Source of the DNA: Phyllobates terribilis
Lineage: Eukaryota
NCBI RefSeq assembly: GCF_046119375.1
Contig: NW_027362773.1
Location: forward strand, 93,310,001 to 93,374,000
DNA: 64,000 bases
Direction: 5' to 3'
The position numbers and the translations under genes were made by a program. Positions 11,196 to 27,724 of this stretch are shown in pieces (positions within the stretch are counted from its first letter, which is position 1; every line of letters starts with the position of its first letter). A model generated the notes under the pieces. The model had not been told where the DNA came from and did no database searches. It worked only from the letters and a program-made list of their open reading frames with translations.

Positions 11196-12110
11196 ACATT
11201 GTTATGGGGGATCTGTGGATGATGACGCACTGTTATGGGGGATCTGTGGGTGACGCACTGTCATGGGGGATCTGTGGATGACGCACTGTTATGGGGGCTC
11301 TGTGGATGACACGCTGTTATGGGGGATCTGTGGATGACGCACTGTTATGGGGGATCTGTGGATGACGCACTGTTATGGGGGATCTGTGGATGACGCACTG
11401 TTATGGGGGATCTGTGGATGACGCACTGTGGAGGATGTACTGTTATGGGGATTTGTGGGTGACGCTTTGTTATGGGGGATCTGTGGGTGACGCTCTGTTA
11501 TGGGGGATTTGTGGATGACGCACTGTAATGGGGGATTTGTGGATGACGCACTGTTATGGGGGATCTGTGGATAATGCAGTGTTATGGGGGGATCTGTGGG
11601 TGACGCTCTGTTATGGGGGATTTGTGGATGATGCACTGTAATGGGGGATTTGTGGATGACGCACTGTTATGAGGGATCTGTGGATAATGCAGTGTTATGG
11701 GGGGATCTGTGGATGACGCTCTGTTATGGGGGATTTGTGGATGACGCACTGTTATGGGGGATTTGTGGATGATGCACTGTTATGGGGATCTGTGGATGAC
11801 GCACTGTTATGGGGGATTTGTGGGTGACACTTTATGGGGGATTTGTGGGTGACGCACTGTTATGGGGGATGTGTGGATAATGCAGTGTTATGGGGGATCT
11901 GTGGATGACGCACTGTTATGGGGGATCAGTGGGTAACGCACTGTTATGGGGGATCTGTGGATGACGGGCTGTTATGGGAGATCTGTGGCTGATGCACTGT
12001 TATGGGTGATCTGTGGATGACACTTATTGAGGATCTGTATCTGGCACACTGTTATGGGGGATCTGCATCAGGCACAGTGTTATGGACAGTTTGGGCTGGC
12101 ACACTGTTAT
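11196..12110. repeat. ~26-bp minisatellite (GCACTGTTATGGGGGATCTGTGGATGAC-like units), just upstream of the ldha promoter
   Basis: Roughly 30 or more imperfect tandem units visible directly. Confidence 0.95.
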
Positions 12111-12139
12111 GGGGGCTCTCTGTGCATGTATCGCACGTT

Positions 12140-12340
12140 TATCATCCTCCTCGGCGCCGCCTGATCCTATTGGTCCGCATTCTCATCCAGCATCAGCCTC
12201 ATCACTGCATCACTTCACACTAGATCTCTCCGCCAGCCGCAGAACCTGAGAGCAGGCACGTCCGCGAGCTATGCAAATGAGGTACGCATCACTGCTAACG
12301 TCAAGGACAACCCCGATATATATACGTATCCCTCCGCCGG
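12140..12340 (+). promoter_or_regulatory. Putative ldha core promoter
   Basis: CpG-rich. Contains ATTGG (reverse CCAAT) near 12166, HRE core CACGT 12257-12261, octamer ATGCAAAT 12271-12278, CRE-like TAACGTCA 12296-12303 and TATATATA 12317-12324. Confidence 0.65.
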
Positions 12341-12344
12341 GGCT

Positions 12345-12394
12345 TCTGTGCAGAGCGGAGCGCAGCAGCAGCTGAGGAAGAGACATAGACCCAG
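12345..12394 (+). other. ldha: Putative non-coding exon 1 of ldha (start approximate)
   Basis: About 25 nt downstream of the TATA box; ends in donor CAG|GTGAGA. Mammalian LDHA also has a non-coding first exon. Confidence 0.6.
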
Positions 12395-13586
12395 GTGAGA
12401 GCGGCCGTCCACACCCGACATTGCACTGCGGCCCCGGGGGACGCCCTGCTCTGCACCAGCTGTATAGTGAGGGGGCACTGCTCTGCAAAGAACTGTGTTC
12501 TATCATACGGTGGGGGTGGGGTGCACTACTAATGGAAATGAAGGGTGTGTAAATGTTTTGTTTCCTTTTGATTTTGCAAAAAAATGTTTTTAATACATAT
12601 AATCAGCAAGAATAAACATTGCACTAATATAATACATACACTGCCATGCTACATGTCATGATGCATTGCCCTGATATATCTATAAATTGCACGAATATAA
12701 TCTGTACATTGTAATGCTACATACATCTATATACGTTGCACTGCTACATATACACTAGTCTATACATTGCACTGCTACATTCCTCTGTATACAGTGCACT
12801 TCTGGGGATACAGCCATACCTAGCATGGATATACTGTAAATCTATACATTGCACTGCTTGTTATATGGCGTTTCATTACACTGATTATATATATATATAT
12901 ATATATTTTATTATATTGCATTTCTGTACACTTTGCACTTCTGGGGATACAGCCTTTCTGCCCATTCCTGGGTCACCTCATCAGATGCAGAATCTATGGT
13001 GTCACGGTGTCGGCCCCATTTTTCAGGCCGCAGTATTTATAGCCCAGATTTCATTTGTTCATGTGTCTGATAGGAAGTAACTGGGGATGGTGGTGTCATG
13101 CTGGCACTGTGCCCCCTCATCCTCTGCTTCCATGCATTCAGTCAGTCCTGGAGGGGATGCGGAGATGAGAAGGGTGGGGCCGCTGCTGCTTAGAATATTA
13201 GGAAATAGGAGAAATAATCTTTTAGGTATGATCACCTCGCCCATTTCTCATTTTCGTCCTTTGTCTTCTGCGCATCACAAGTGACAGGTCCTTACTAATG
13301 ATCTGATTATCACCCAGGGTGATAGTAGGGATCCTCGAAGAGTCCGGTGTAATAACCCGCAGTCACATGGTGCAGGTTACATCACTTGGTGGAGTTGGGC
13401 AATAACCCCAGAATTTCTCAAGTTTTGCAAAAAGAAACAAAAAAAAAAAACAATTTCAGTTTCCTGTGTTGTGGGTGCTCCTCTGTATATAATATTCACA
13501 AATGGTGGTCTGTATACCACGTCCTGTGCCCTTGACTGCAGACATCCTTGTACCCTGTCACTACATATGTGATGTCACATCTCCAC

Positions 13587-13746
13587 NNNNNNNNNNNNNN
13601 NNNNNNNNNNNNNNNNNNNNNNNNNNNNNNNNNNNNNNNNNNNNNNNNNNNNNNNNNNNNNNNNNNNNNNNNNNNNNNNNNNNNNNNNNNNNNNNNNNNN
13701 NNNNNNNNNNNNNNNNNNNNNNNNNNNNNNNNNNNNNNNNNNNNNN
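13587..13746. other. Assembly gap (160 N) in ldha intron 1
   Basis: Run of N. Confidence 1.
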
Positions 13747-15097
13747 ATTCCCAGAGATCATTGTAGCCATGGAAACACTATGTATTCCCTAGAGGGTAAA
13801 TGTCCTTCTCTTTCGGTGACCTTGTCGTGTTTCCATGGCGTCACAACATGCAGATACCTCAACTTCACCATAAATGGACCCTGACAGTCACCATATTATC
13901 GAAAGTTCTTGATGCCATAGAAATCTATATAAAATAAAGGGATCGTAGAGACGCCCCAGGCTGCACCGTTTAGGCCTCGTTACATCACGTTAAGAGCCGG
14001 TGTTGCAGGTGTATATATCAGACTGGAGGTTATGACTAATAGTATTCCCATAAGGAAAAAATATATATCCTGTGCCCCATACTTTTTTTTTTTTGTACAT
14101 TAAAAAATATATTTATTTTTCATCAGGGTTTGGTCCATGTGAACTTTGTGAACAGCTGTAGAGATAATTAGTTTACGTTCTATATGTGCGAATACGGTAA
14201 TAGAGCGCAGACGCAAAATATGTCCGTCTTATTTGCAGACATGAAAGTAATATCAATTTTCACAAAATTTTTGGCCCCCTTTACTATGAGTGTGGGATCC
14301 AACAGCACTTGGATGACAGGGTCTCCATCTGTGCACCGTCTAGGTATTTTTCTGTGGTTCATGCAGGTTGCAGGTCTCCAGGCCTGAACATAGGAGACCC
14401 AATCTGGACGGATCGTGACTGGTCGGACATGTGAAACTGTCCTTGTCCTGTTTTTTGTCATGTGGGTGGATCCTGACTATATATAATCCATGTATGGTTT
14501 GACTTCACCCTTTAGCTACAGAATGGCGTCTGTTTATTACACACAAGCTGCCATATTGGATCAGAAGGTTCAGGCTGAGAAGTGTTGTCTCGCTGTTATG
14601 GCGTCTGTGACTATAACGCGCCCTCACCCCTCGGCCTTTACTTCCTGCTGACACTTGGGTCCCGTCCAATTTATTCTGATAGGAAAAGCCACAATGAGCT
14701 GCTGTAAATAGCTGAGCTGAGTTTGTCATATATAGTATATGTGTATATATAGATGTGTGTGTTTTCAGGAGTTTGGGAAAGTTTGGTAAAAGTTTTAGCA
14801 GCCAAGAGGATGGCCACCAGCTTTCCTAGAAACAGATAAAATGACATGTTATTATGGTGTAAATACTTTAATGCCGGTCTGAGAATACTCAGTCCTGTTC
14901 ATAGTACGGTATAGTCTAGACGCCTTATCGGAGCGGTCACATGATTGCGTCCGTGGGTATGTGGCGTCCTTGCCTTCATGTTTATGGACTCCGATACAGT
15001 TCTTGTTTGCAGTCATGAGGCTGTGGGTTAATGTACAACGCCCGGTGCCCTTTATCCCGGCCCTAAGTCTGCATTGTGCTTATTTCAGCAGAGCAAG

Positions 15098-19225
<4,128 letters not shown>

Positions 19226-22200
19226 GCCGCTCTCGTTATCTCACGTTTCCGCTGTCATTGTCTCACTGTTTTTACGTTGCACTTTTTGAGTAGGTCAATT
19301 CCCTTGTGTTGTAATCATCTGTATTGTGAAATTGTCAGCAGTAATGTTCCTATCTGTACGGGCTGCCGGAGTGTAATACCGCATCGTGGGGTATTGCACT
19401 ACGTTGTAAAAAAAAATATGGGTTCAATTAATGACCTCTGGGATTAACAAGTCACCATATTTTCGACCATTAAAACATCTTCCCTGCCCAAGAAAACAAA
19501 CGGTCCCCATTCTTACATGGAAATTGTTGGCTGTGGTGCATTTAAAGGGGCCCTACACCTATTTTTGATTAATAAAGCAGACTGGCTGCCCTTCCCTGTC
19601 AATGCTCAGGATACTCTTGTTGCTATGGATGTATACAATGCTTAACCATTTAAATCTGATTGTTGGAGTATTTCCATAGCAACCAGGTTCTCAGCTTACC
19701 ATGTAAGACACATTGCCAGTAGTCTGAGAACAGCAAAGGGTAAGAGGGGTTACAAATACTGAATCCCTGTTATCCATACTATATTAAGTCAGATTTTTGT
19801 GTGAAAAGTAAGTGAAGGAGATCCCCTTTAAGTGACATTGTACTTGAGTATGGCTGCCTTCACTCCATTATTGTCCGTTGACCAAGTCGGAGGATCCTTA
19901 GACAATACGGGAGTATCTAGATGGTTGTTTACAGGGACGATATTTCACATCAAGAATTATGTTCCCACCAAAGAGAATCTATCTAAAGAATCTATAGGAG
20001 AATATAATAAATATCTGTGTCTTGTACGTTGTCTTCACTTCCATGCAAAGAAAGTTTCCTGTATTTACAGCTGAGAAATGTAAAAGGCAACATGGATTTG
20101 ACACTAATAAATAATTTTGGAACTTACGGAATCTCTACAGTTCGGTCATTCCAGTCTTAAAGGGCCACTAACGTAAAAAAAAAAATGCAGTTATCAGTCA
20201 CCCTTAGGGTGTGGTCTTTGACTTCTCATTAAACCATAAATGGTTGATAACAGGGAGTAATAGATTGCATTCTACTACACAGATCTAAAACACATTGAGC
20301 ACTCCAGCCTTAATGAAGGGCTTTCTGGAGTATAATGCATAAAATTCATTAAAGATGAATTTAGTGCATCTTCTGAGGGCCGGTAACCAGTCCAGTCTTC
20401 ACATCTTTGCCCGCTACTTACTAGGCTCCATGATGTTGCGTGAGGCCTAAACTGGGCGCCGGATCAGAAAAGCACAAGTCAAGCTGCTCATCTCCATTAT
20501 ATAGTAATAAAACTTCATTGTTGTATAATGAAAAGTTCTTCAATATCCAATTTTTTTTTTTTTTTTTATTAACATGAGAACCTGTCCGTCACTGCCCCAG
20601 GCCGGCTCTTCCCAGCGCCGCTACAGGTGATTGATAGGGCTCTCCTTCATGTGTACATAGACGCAGCAATGACCCCTAGCAGTGCTGGGAAATAGCCGGA
20701 CTAGTTTTGCCTCTGGCTACAGTATCCAGCTGGATCTTCAAAGTATATTTTTTCCCAGACACCGGAGCATTTCCGAGAATATACGTGGCTGCAATTCATG
20801 CTGGTTCGGGCAGCACAAATCATCTTGACAGGTTCCCTTTAACTTATTTTTTTGCTTGCGGTCAGTGAAAGGCAGCATTGTTTGTTGGCATCTAGAGGCA
20901 GAAAAATCAAACTAAATAGAATTGGCACCTGCAGGGCATCTGACTGTACAAGTCCTACACCGGCGTCAGACGGACATAATTATGAGGAATGCGTCAAAGC
21001 CTCTGAAGGCCGATCATAATTGCTCCAGTCACAGACAGCAAGGAGGGGGGGGGGCAAAAATTGCAGAACTATAATAAGATGTGGAATCCCCCCCAGTATT
21101 GTCTTCTAGTCGTCAGGCCAGAATAAAATGGTGGATAACCGTACAACAAACTGCTGCAATTATTTGCTGAATCACTGATCTCAATGGGTTAACGCTAATG
21201 ATCATTAATCATTTTAATACCCATCCATTATACACTGGTCTCAGGTGTGATAAGTAATAATCCCACTCTCATTACCGGGACGGTTATCTGGGTAAACTTT
21301 GTACCTTTTGTAAACGCCAAGAGTTTTTTCTTGGCACAAAATCAAGAGTTTATGGCTTTTGGTTTTCTGTCTGACATCTCTCATGATGTTTTGCAGCGGT
21401 CTGAAAAATGGAAGTTTCAACCTGGTAAGTGGGGGAGGGTAAAGGAAGAAGAAAAAATAAACTGCTGGAACAAAAGCCTCAGTTTCCAAGCAGATTGTCA
21501 CAGATTTTACGCTACGCACCACAGGTCAGTTCCTGTGCAAATGTAACCTTTTTTTTTTCTAAGCAGCTTGTGGATGAGATTTAGGCCTTTTGCAGTCTGA
21601 GAACGATGCATGGACCGGCTGAGGGTCTACTGACTTAGACCTTGACACTTCATACATGTCTATGAGGCTCTGAAGATCAGGTCAGGACACAGCGGCCTTT
21701 TCGTACTTGGACCATGAAACACAGATGTGTGAATTCGGCCTTAGTAGAATCCAGCACTGTAATACGCTGACGATTTTCTGAGAGTGAGAAGTAGAAAGCC
21801 ACAGATGGGGCTACTGCTTGCTAGCAAGTGTTTCTCACATCAGTGTTGGATTCACAGCTACACTGCTCAATACTGTAGTATAATGTCCTCCATATACATA
21901 CTGCTTGCTAGCAAGTGATTCTCACATCAGTGTTGGATTCATAGTTACACAGACAGGAGAACAAGAATCTCATAACTGTTATGGGAAATATAGCAGCTAG
22001 CAGAAAAAAACTGGTGAAAAATGCAGGATGCAAGACATAATTGAGAAAATGTTCCCCAGTACGATTCTTGGGATGGTGCACGAAAATTCAAAGATATACA
22101 AAATTCATTAGGAGGCTCGTGCCTCTGATCTGCAAAACGTCAGTCTTGACGACTTAATGAAACAATGATTAAACCCATCGTTAAGACGGTACGACTACTA

Positions 22201-23047
22201 CACCCGTTTTACCTGCCGTCTCCCTACGGTTGCATCCTTCCTAGTCTCACCCAGAAATATTCCCTCTACTTTCATCTTAATAAAAGCAACACAAAAAGAA
22301 AGAATTAGTATTTATTTATTTAATACATATTAATAAAATTATTCACATACAGGTGGATTTGATGCTGTGTAAGCACAGCAAGAAGCTCCAGGTGCACTGT
22401 ACAGCTGCTTCACATACAAATATAGACAGGGCAAAAAACGCTCAAATTACAGGCAAATGAATCCTGACGTACGGCCTCCTCTGCAAAGCCAGCGCTGGAC
22501 GGAAAACCTTCCTATGGCGGAGATTTGCGGCACGGACTCAGTTGCTCCTTAGCCATGGCGTGATCGGCGTTCACTTAGTGTAATATATTGGTGCTAAGGA
22601 GCCAGCGACGTGACCGGGCAGCAAATCTCAGCAAGCGGAAACTTTTCCTGTTAAAAAAAGAAAAAAATATATATTTGTACAAATCGGACCTCTATACTCG
22701 GCCCGCTACACAATGACCTAACTGGTAACCAGAAAATCTAGTAAGCTATACAGAAGTAGCGGACGTCCTCGTACCCCCTATACATGATTCATCCCTGCCC
22801 CCTCCTCTATTCTCGGTACCGACCAGAGGGGGTACTATAATGTCCGCCGCTCTTCTGGTTACCTCGCTCTGTGAGTACAATCTAAACCAAAGACAAAGTG
22901 CATCGCTCTGAGACCGTCACCCCCACCAGCAGAAAACTAACAGCAGTTTTTCTTTTTTCATTATTTTTTTACAATAATTTAACCCAAATCTCTAATGATC
23001 TCAGGAATTGAGAAAATAAAATAAAAATGAGGGTGGGGGGGTTGATG

Positions 23048-26000
23048 TTAATACAGATCGCTCAGTCCGGCCGTCTTCCTGGCTTTCTGCATCAGCGCTC
23101 TGAGCTGGAACTGCTTGCGGGACAGGAGACGGACATGCTGGAAAAAAGCAGAGAAGACCTTGGTAAGTAAGGGTCCCAAAAAATGTACACAGCACATATG
23201 AATAGCTAATGTGAAGCCATGTCAAACACTATGCAATAGCATTTTCCCCAGCTGCTGCAGAACCTCTCATGAGGCTTCCTCTAAAGCTATGTGCCCACGT
23301 AGCGTTTTTGCCGCTTTTTTACGGCCGCGAAAACGCTTGTAAAACCGTCTGCCACGCAAAGTAATGTGAATTCGGATGTGCTGTGCACATGATGCGCTAA
23401 TTAGCGTGCCGAATTCGCATTGCGTTGCAAAACGCAGCACGACCATTTCTACTGCGATTACGCTGCAAATTCGCAGCCATTGAAGAACATTGAAACGCAG
23501 CAAACCCGCAGGTATATGTGGATTTGCTGCGTTTCAATTAAACTGAATGGCCACAAATTTGTGGCGTAATCACAGTGCATGGGATGAAGAGGAGACTACA
23601 ACGCCTCTTCATCCCGGCTACCATGCGGTGAAAAAAAGAAAGTTAAAAATAAAAAAAAAAAAACTGTATACTCACCTCTCCGGTCTTCTCCCGGCCGCGT
23701 CCTCTCTCCTCGGCGTCCCGCGGTGTACTTGCAGGACCTGCGGTGACGTAATTTAGTCAGCTGTGGTCACGCGACCATCAGCTGACGTCAGCGGTCGTGT
23801 GACCATCAGCAGACTAAATTACGCCACCGCAGGTCCTACCAGTACACCGCGGGACGCCAAGGAGAGAGGATTGCCGCCGGGAGGAGACTGGAGAGGCGAG
23901 TATACAGGTTTTTTTTTTTATTTTTACTATTGATGCTGCATTTAAAGCATCTAAGTTGGTCACACAATATAAATCCATGCCAGTTGCATGGATTTATATT
24001 GTGTGACCAACTTGTCAAGCACTTTCCAAGTGATGCTCAAAATCGCTTGGAAAACTGCTTGAGAAAAAACGCATGCGAAAACGCTGAAAAAATGCTGAAA
24101 AAACGCTTCTCTCTGGCAGAAAAAAATGCATGTAAATCTGCATGCGTTTTTTTCTGCCAGAGAGAAGCAAAAACGCTCTGCATCAAATCGGCTACGTGGG
24201 CACATAGCCTAAAACTGTGTGAAAATAGGAGACGGGGGGGGGGATCCAGAAGGAACTGTCTGAGCAATCTGCGGTTGGATTTTTTTTCCACTGTAAATAC
24301 AGTTAATGAACTCTAAGGTGGCTGATAAGAGAATAATAGATCATACTGAAATGCAGACACACAGACGGACCCTTACAATCTATTAATGATTGGTGGTGGA
24401 TATCTGACTCTCGGCACAGCTGTGGCATTTTAGTAAGAGACGCACCTTGAGAAAGACGTCCAGGTCTATCACGCCACGTCTGAGCGCTTCCCCCAGGTAA
24501 AAGATGGTGTCTTCTATAGCGTTCTCCTCCGCATACAGGTTCAGGATCTGCTTATAGAGCGGTGCTGTTGGCACGATCACCTCGTCAATGTCTCTGTACT
24601 CGGACTGGCTCTCCATCTTCTCCACCACCGCTCCCAGCTCCTCGTCTTTCTTTCTTAGGGTTTCAATATTTTTATCCACTTCCGTCTGATGGTAAGATAG
24701 AAAATTCAGGTATAAAAGCAGAAGGGTTCTGATTATCGGGCTTAGTGTGAACAGCTTGGTCTTCCATGCACAGTAGCGCTCGGCCACCTGGCTGTGCATG
24801 GCACGGCCACGCTCACCGCTGTGTCCTCGCTACATCTGCTATTGGGAACATTAGGTGACACTATTGGATCCAACAAATTGAAAACACACAGTTCTAAGGC
24901 GGAATCCCGACCATAAATCTGCTAAATCGTGAATTACCACTTCCTGGTCCAGCCGGGTGACCATCTCCTCCAGCTTCTGGTGGCCTTTCTTCAGATCCTC
25001 CTCGGTGCGCTTCAGAGCATTCAGCTCCGCCTGGGCGCGGTCTATTTCTTCCTTCATCCTCCATCTTAACTTGTCACTTACAGCGGAAATAAGGGAAGCC
25101 CGGATTGTGTCCTCACCGATGGTGCCGTCTCGGGCTGGACCTGAAAGTTAGGGGGTCTGGATAATATCCTCACAGGTATGACAGCAATAGGGGGGTGACG
25201 GACCACTCAAGGGGACATCATATTCTTTAGCCTTTCCTTAGCAGCAAGAGCGCCCTCCATCCTACAAATTGTCCGCTTCCTGCAATGATTTCCACCCCAT
25301 GGACCAAATAGAGGGTTTGCAGCTGCCATTGGCTCACGATTATCCAGTCAGCCGCCCATTTACCAAAACCTACAATGTCAGGGTAATGCAATAAATGGAG
25401 GGTCCGTTATCCGTCACATAGAGGTAAAGGTTTCTGGAGGGTCTCAGCACTGTGATACAGTACTGAATGTGGGGGAAGGAAAGAGATGTATATATGTTAA
25501 GGATGTTCTAATGATCAAGCTGCGGTTCATAGATCTGTTATTGAAAAGGTAACTCCAGAAAGGCTGGAATGAGGAGTGTAGCCGAAACAAAAATCTGCAA
25601 GACACTGACCTGCACGTAAAAGCTCCTTACACGTATGATAGCAGATCCTGTAATCTAATCTGGGGATGATACCATGGGCGGTTTAGTTTAATTATCAGCC
25701 TGATTGTAAATCCCAAGTGCAGATGTCTCCTACAAGCTGTCACCGTCAGCAGTGCACCACAGGGCCGGCCCGCACCGGTCGTCTGTCATTCCTGGACATG
25801 CACTCAGCACGTGGCAGGAGACGGCCGCACATCCGGCACAATCAGGGCTCTGCCGGCAGAGAAGTGAATGGGAGCACACAGACAGCGGAGTGAGCAGATC
25901 GCCCCTCACTCTAATGGAGGACTGCCCCCAGTAATGAAGGCTTTGAACCCTTTTGTTGCTGAATGGATCCGATTTCATTTATATTCAAATTATAAATTCA

Positions 26001-27693
26001 TCTTAAATATCATCAAGGGTTAAAAATACATAACTGCCTCCTGCTTGAAACAGCACCCCCCTTGTCCATTGGCTGTGTCTGGTATTGCAGATGGTCTCTA
26101 GAGCTTTGAGCTGCAGTACCATGCATAATCAGTGACCAGGTGTGGCGCTGTTGCTGTACTGAATTCTATGGCCATTGTATCTCTGTGGGGCATATTTTCG
26201 AAGCCCGCTGCACCAGGACTGTGGTGCACACTGTAAGCCAAGTAATAGGTGGTATAAACACAGACCCCATATTGAGCCCCCGTGATAAATATGGGGCTTT
26301 ATCACATGGTCAGGACTAGTAATTAGACTGTATTGCTAAATCTGCCCCAATGGGAGAGAAATCCTTTCATTTCGGCAGTGATCCATCTCTGTGCCCTAGA
26401 TGTGACCCCGCAGTATTTCACTATTTTTATCTCGGCCGTGTGGGCTTTGTGCCATCTGGGCTGAAATCACCTTTAACCTTTTTAGCAAACAGCGTCAGGT
26501 TACAGCAGCGCCGGTCGTACAGCACAGAGGACGGCCTGGTATATGTGCATCCACAGCTGCAGACCCAGCGATTACCAATTATTATTAATGGGCTCCGCGG
26601 CCGATCTCATGTGGATATGGAGGAAAACTGCATTTAATTTGAGCCCGTGCACACTTCTTAGATAAGCAGTGCAGGTACTGCCTGACGGCCCTTTATCTCG
26701 GGCTAGTGGAGATATATGATCATTATGCTGCGTTTACAGTGCATTTTTATAGTACATCAGATCGGTGGGGGTCCGAACCTGGTACCCACCACTGATCAGC
26801 TACTCCAGTGCCAGCCGGGTGTGAGCACTGTACACCGGTGTAGTGGCCCTACAAAGTACGGCAGCTCTGTACATTCACTTCGTTGGAGCTGATCTGCAGT
26901 ACCCAGGAGCGGCCACTAGACGGTGCTGTACTTGGCACAATACTCTACTGATTGGGGCTGGGGGGCAAGTGACAGATCCTCCACCAGTCTGATCCTAAAC
27001 ATAGGCCACCAATACCATAAGTCTAGACAACCCCTTTACAGAAGACAAGTCTGCACCCTGACATGTCTTTCCCAATTAAAGCAATTTGGGAACATTTTTT
27101 CTTCCCACTCTGTTATACTATGACCCAATTAGTCCTCCTGGAAATGTATGAATAAACGGACAAGTGGGAGTTACCAGTTTAGGATATGTAACTGAATAGT
27201 GCCAGCGTGTAGGGACACAAGCTATCGACAAGGGGGAATAGTAATGTCCAGATGTCATATTACTCAAATTTTCAGGAGGAATAACAGAGGAACAATACAG
27301 CATAGAAATGCATATTTAACTAAAACAGACATTAAATTGTTCTGTCGGGAGTCCATTTTTAAGGCCACGTTCACACCTTCAGTATTTGGTCAGTATTTTA
27401 CATCAGTATTTGTAAGCTAAAACCAGGAGTGGAACAATCAGAGGAAAAGTATAATAGAAACACGTCACCACTTCTGTATTTATCACCCACTCCTGGTTTT
27501 AGCTTACAAATACTGATGTAACATACTGACCAAATACTGACGGCATCTTAAGAAATATAATCCTTGTAGTATTTACTCTGGGCTTCATAGATGAATGACA
27601 CGTCCTGTCCTGTCCTGTCCTGTCCGGTCGTCTCAATCATCACATGGAGGAATACAACAACATGTAAAAAAGTTTTATGGACCACTAAAAAGT

Positions 27694-27724
<31 letters not shown>

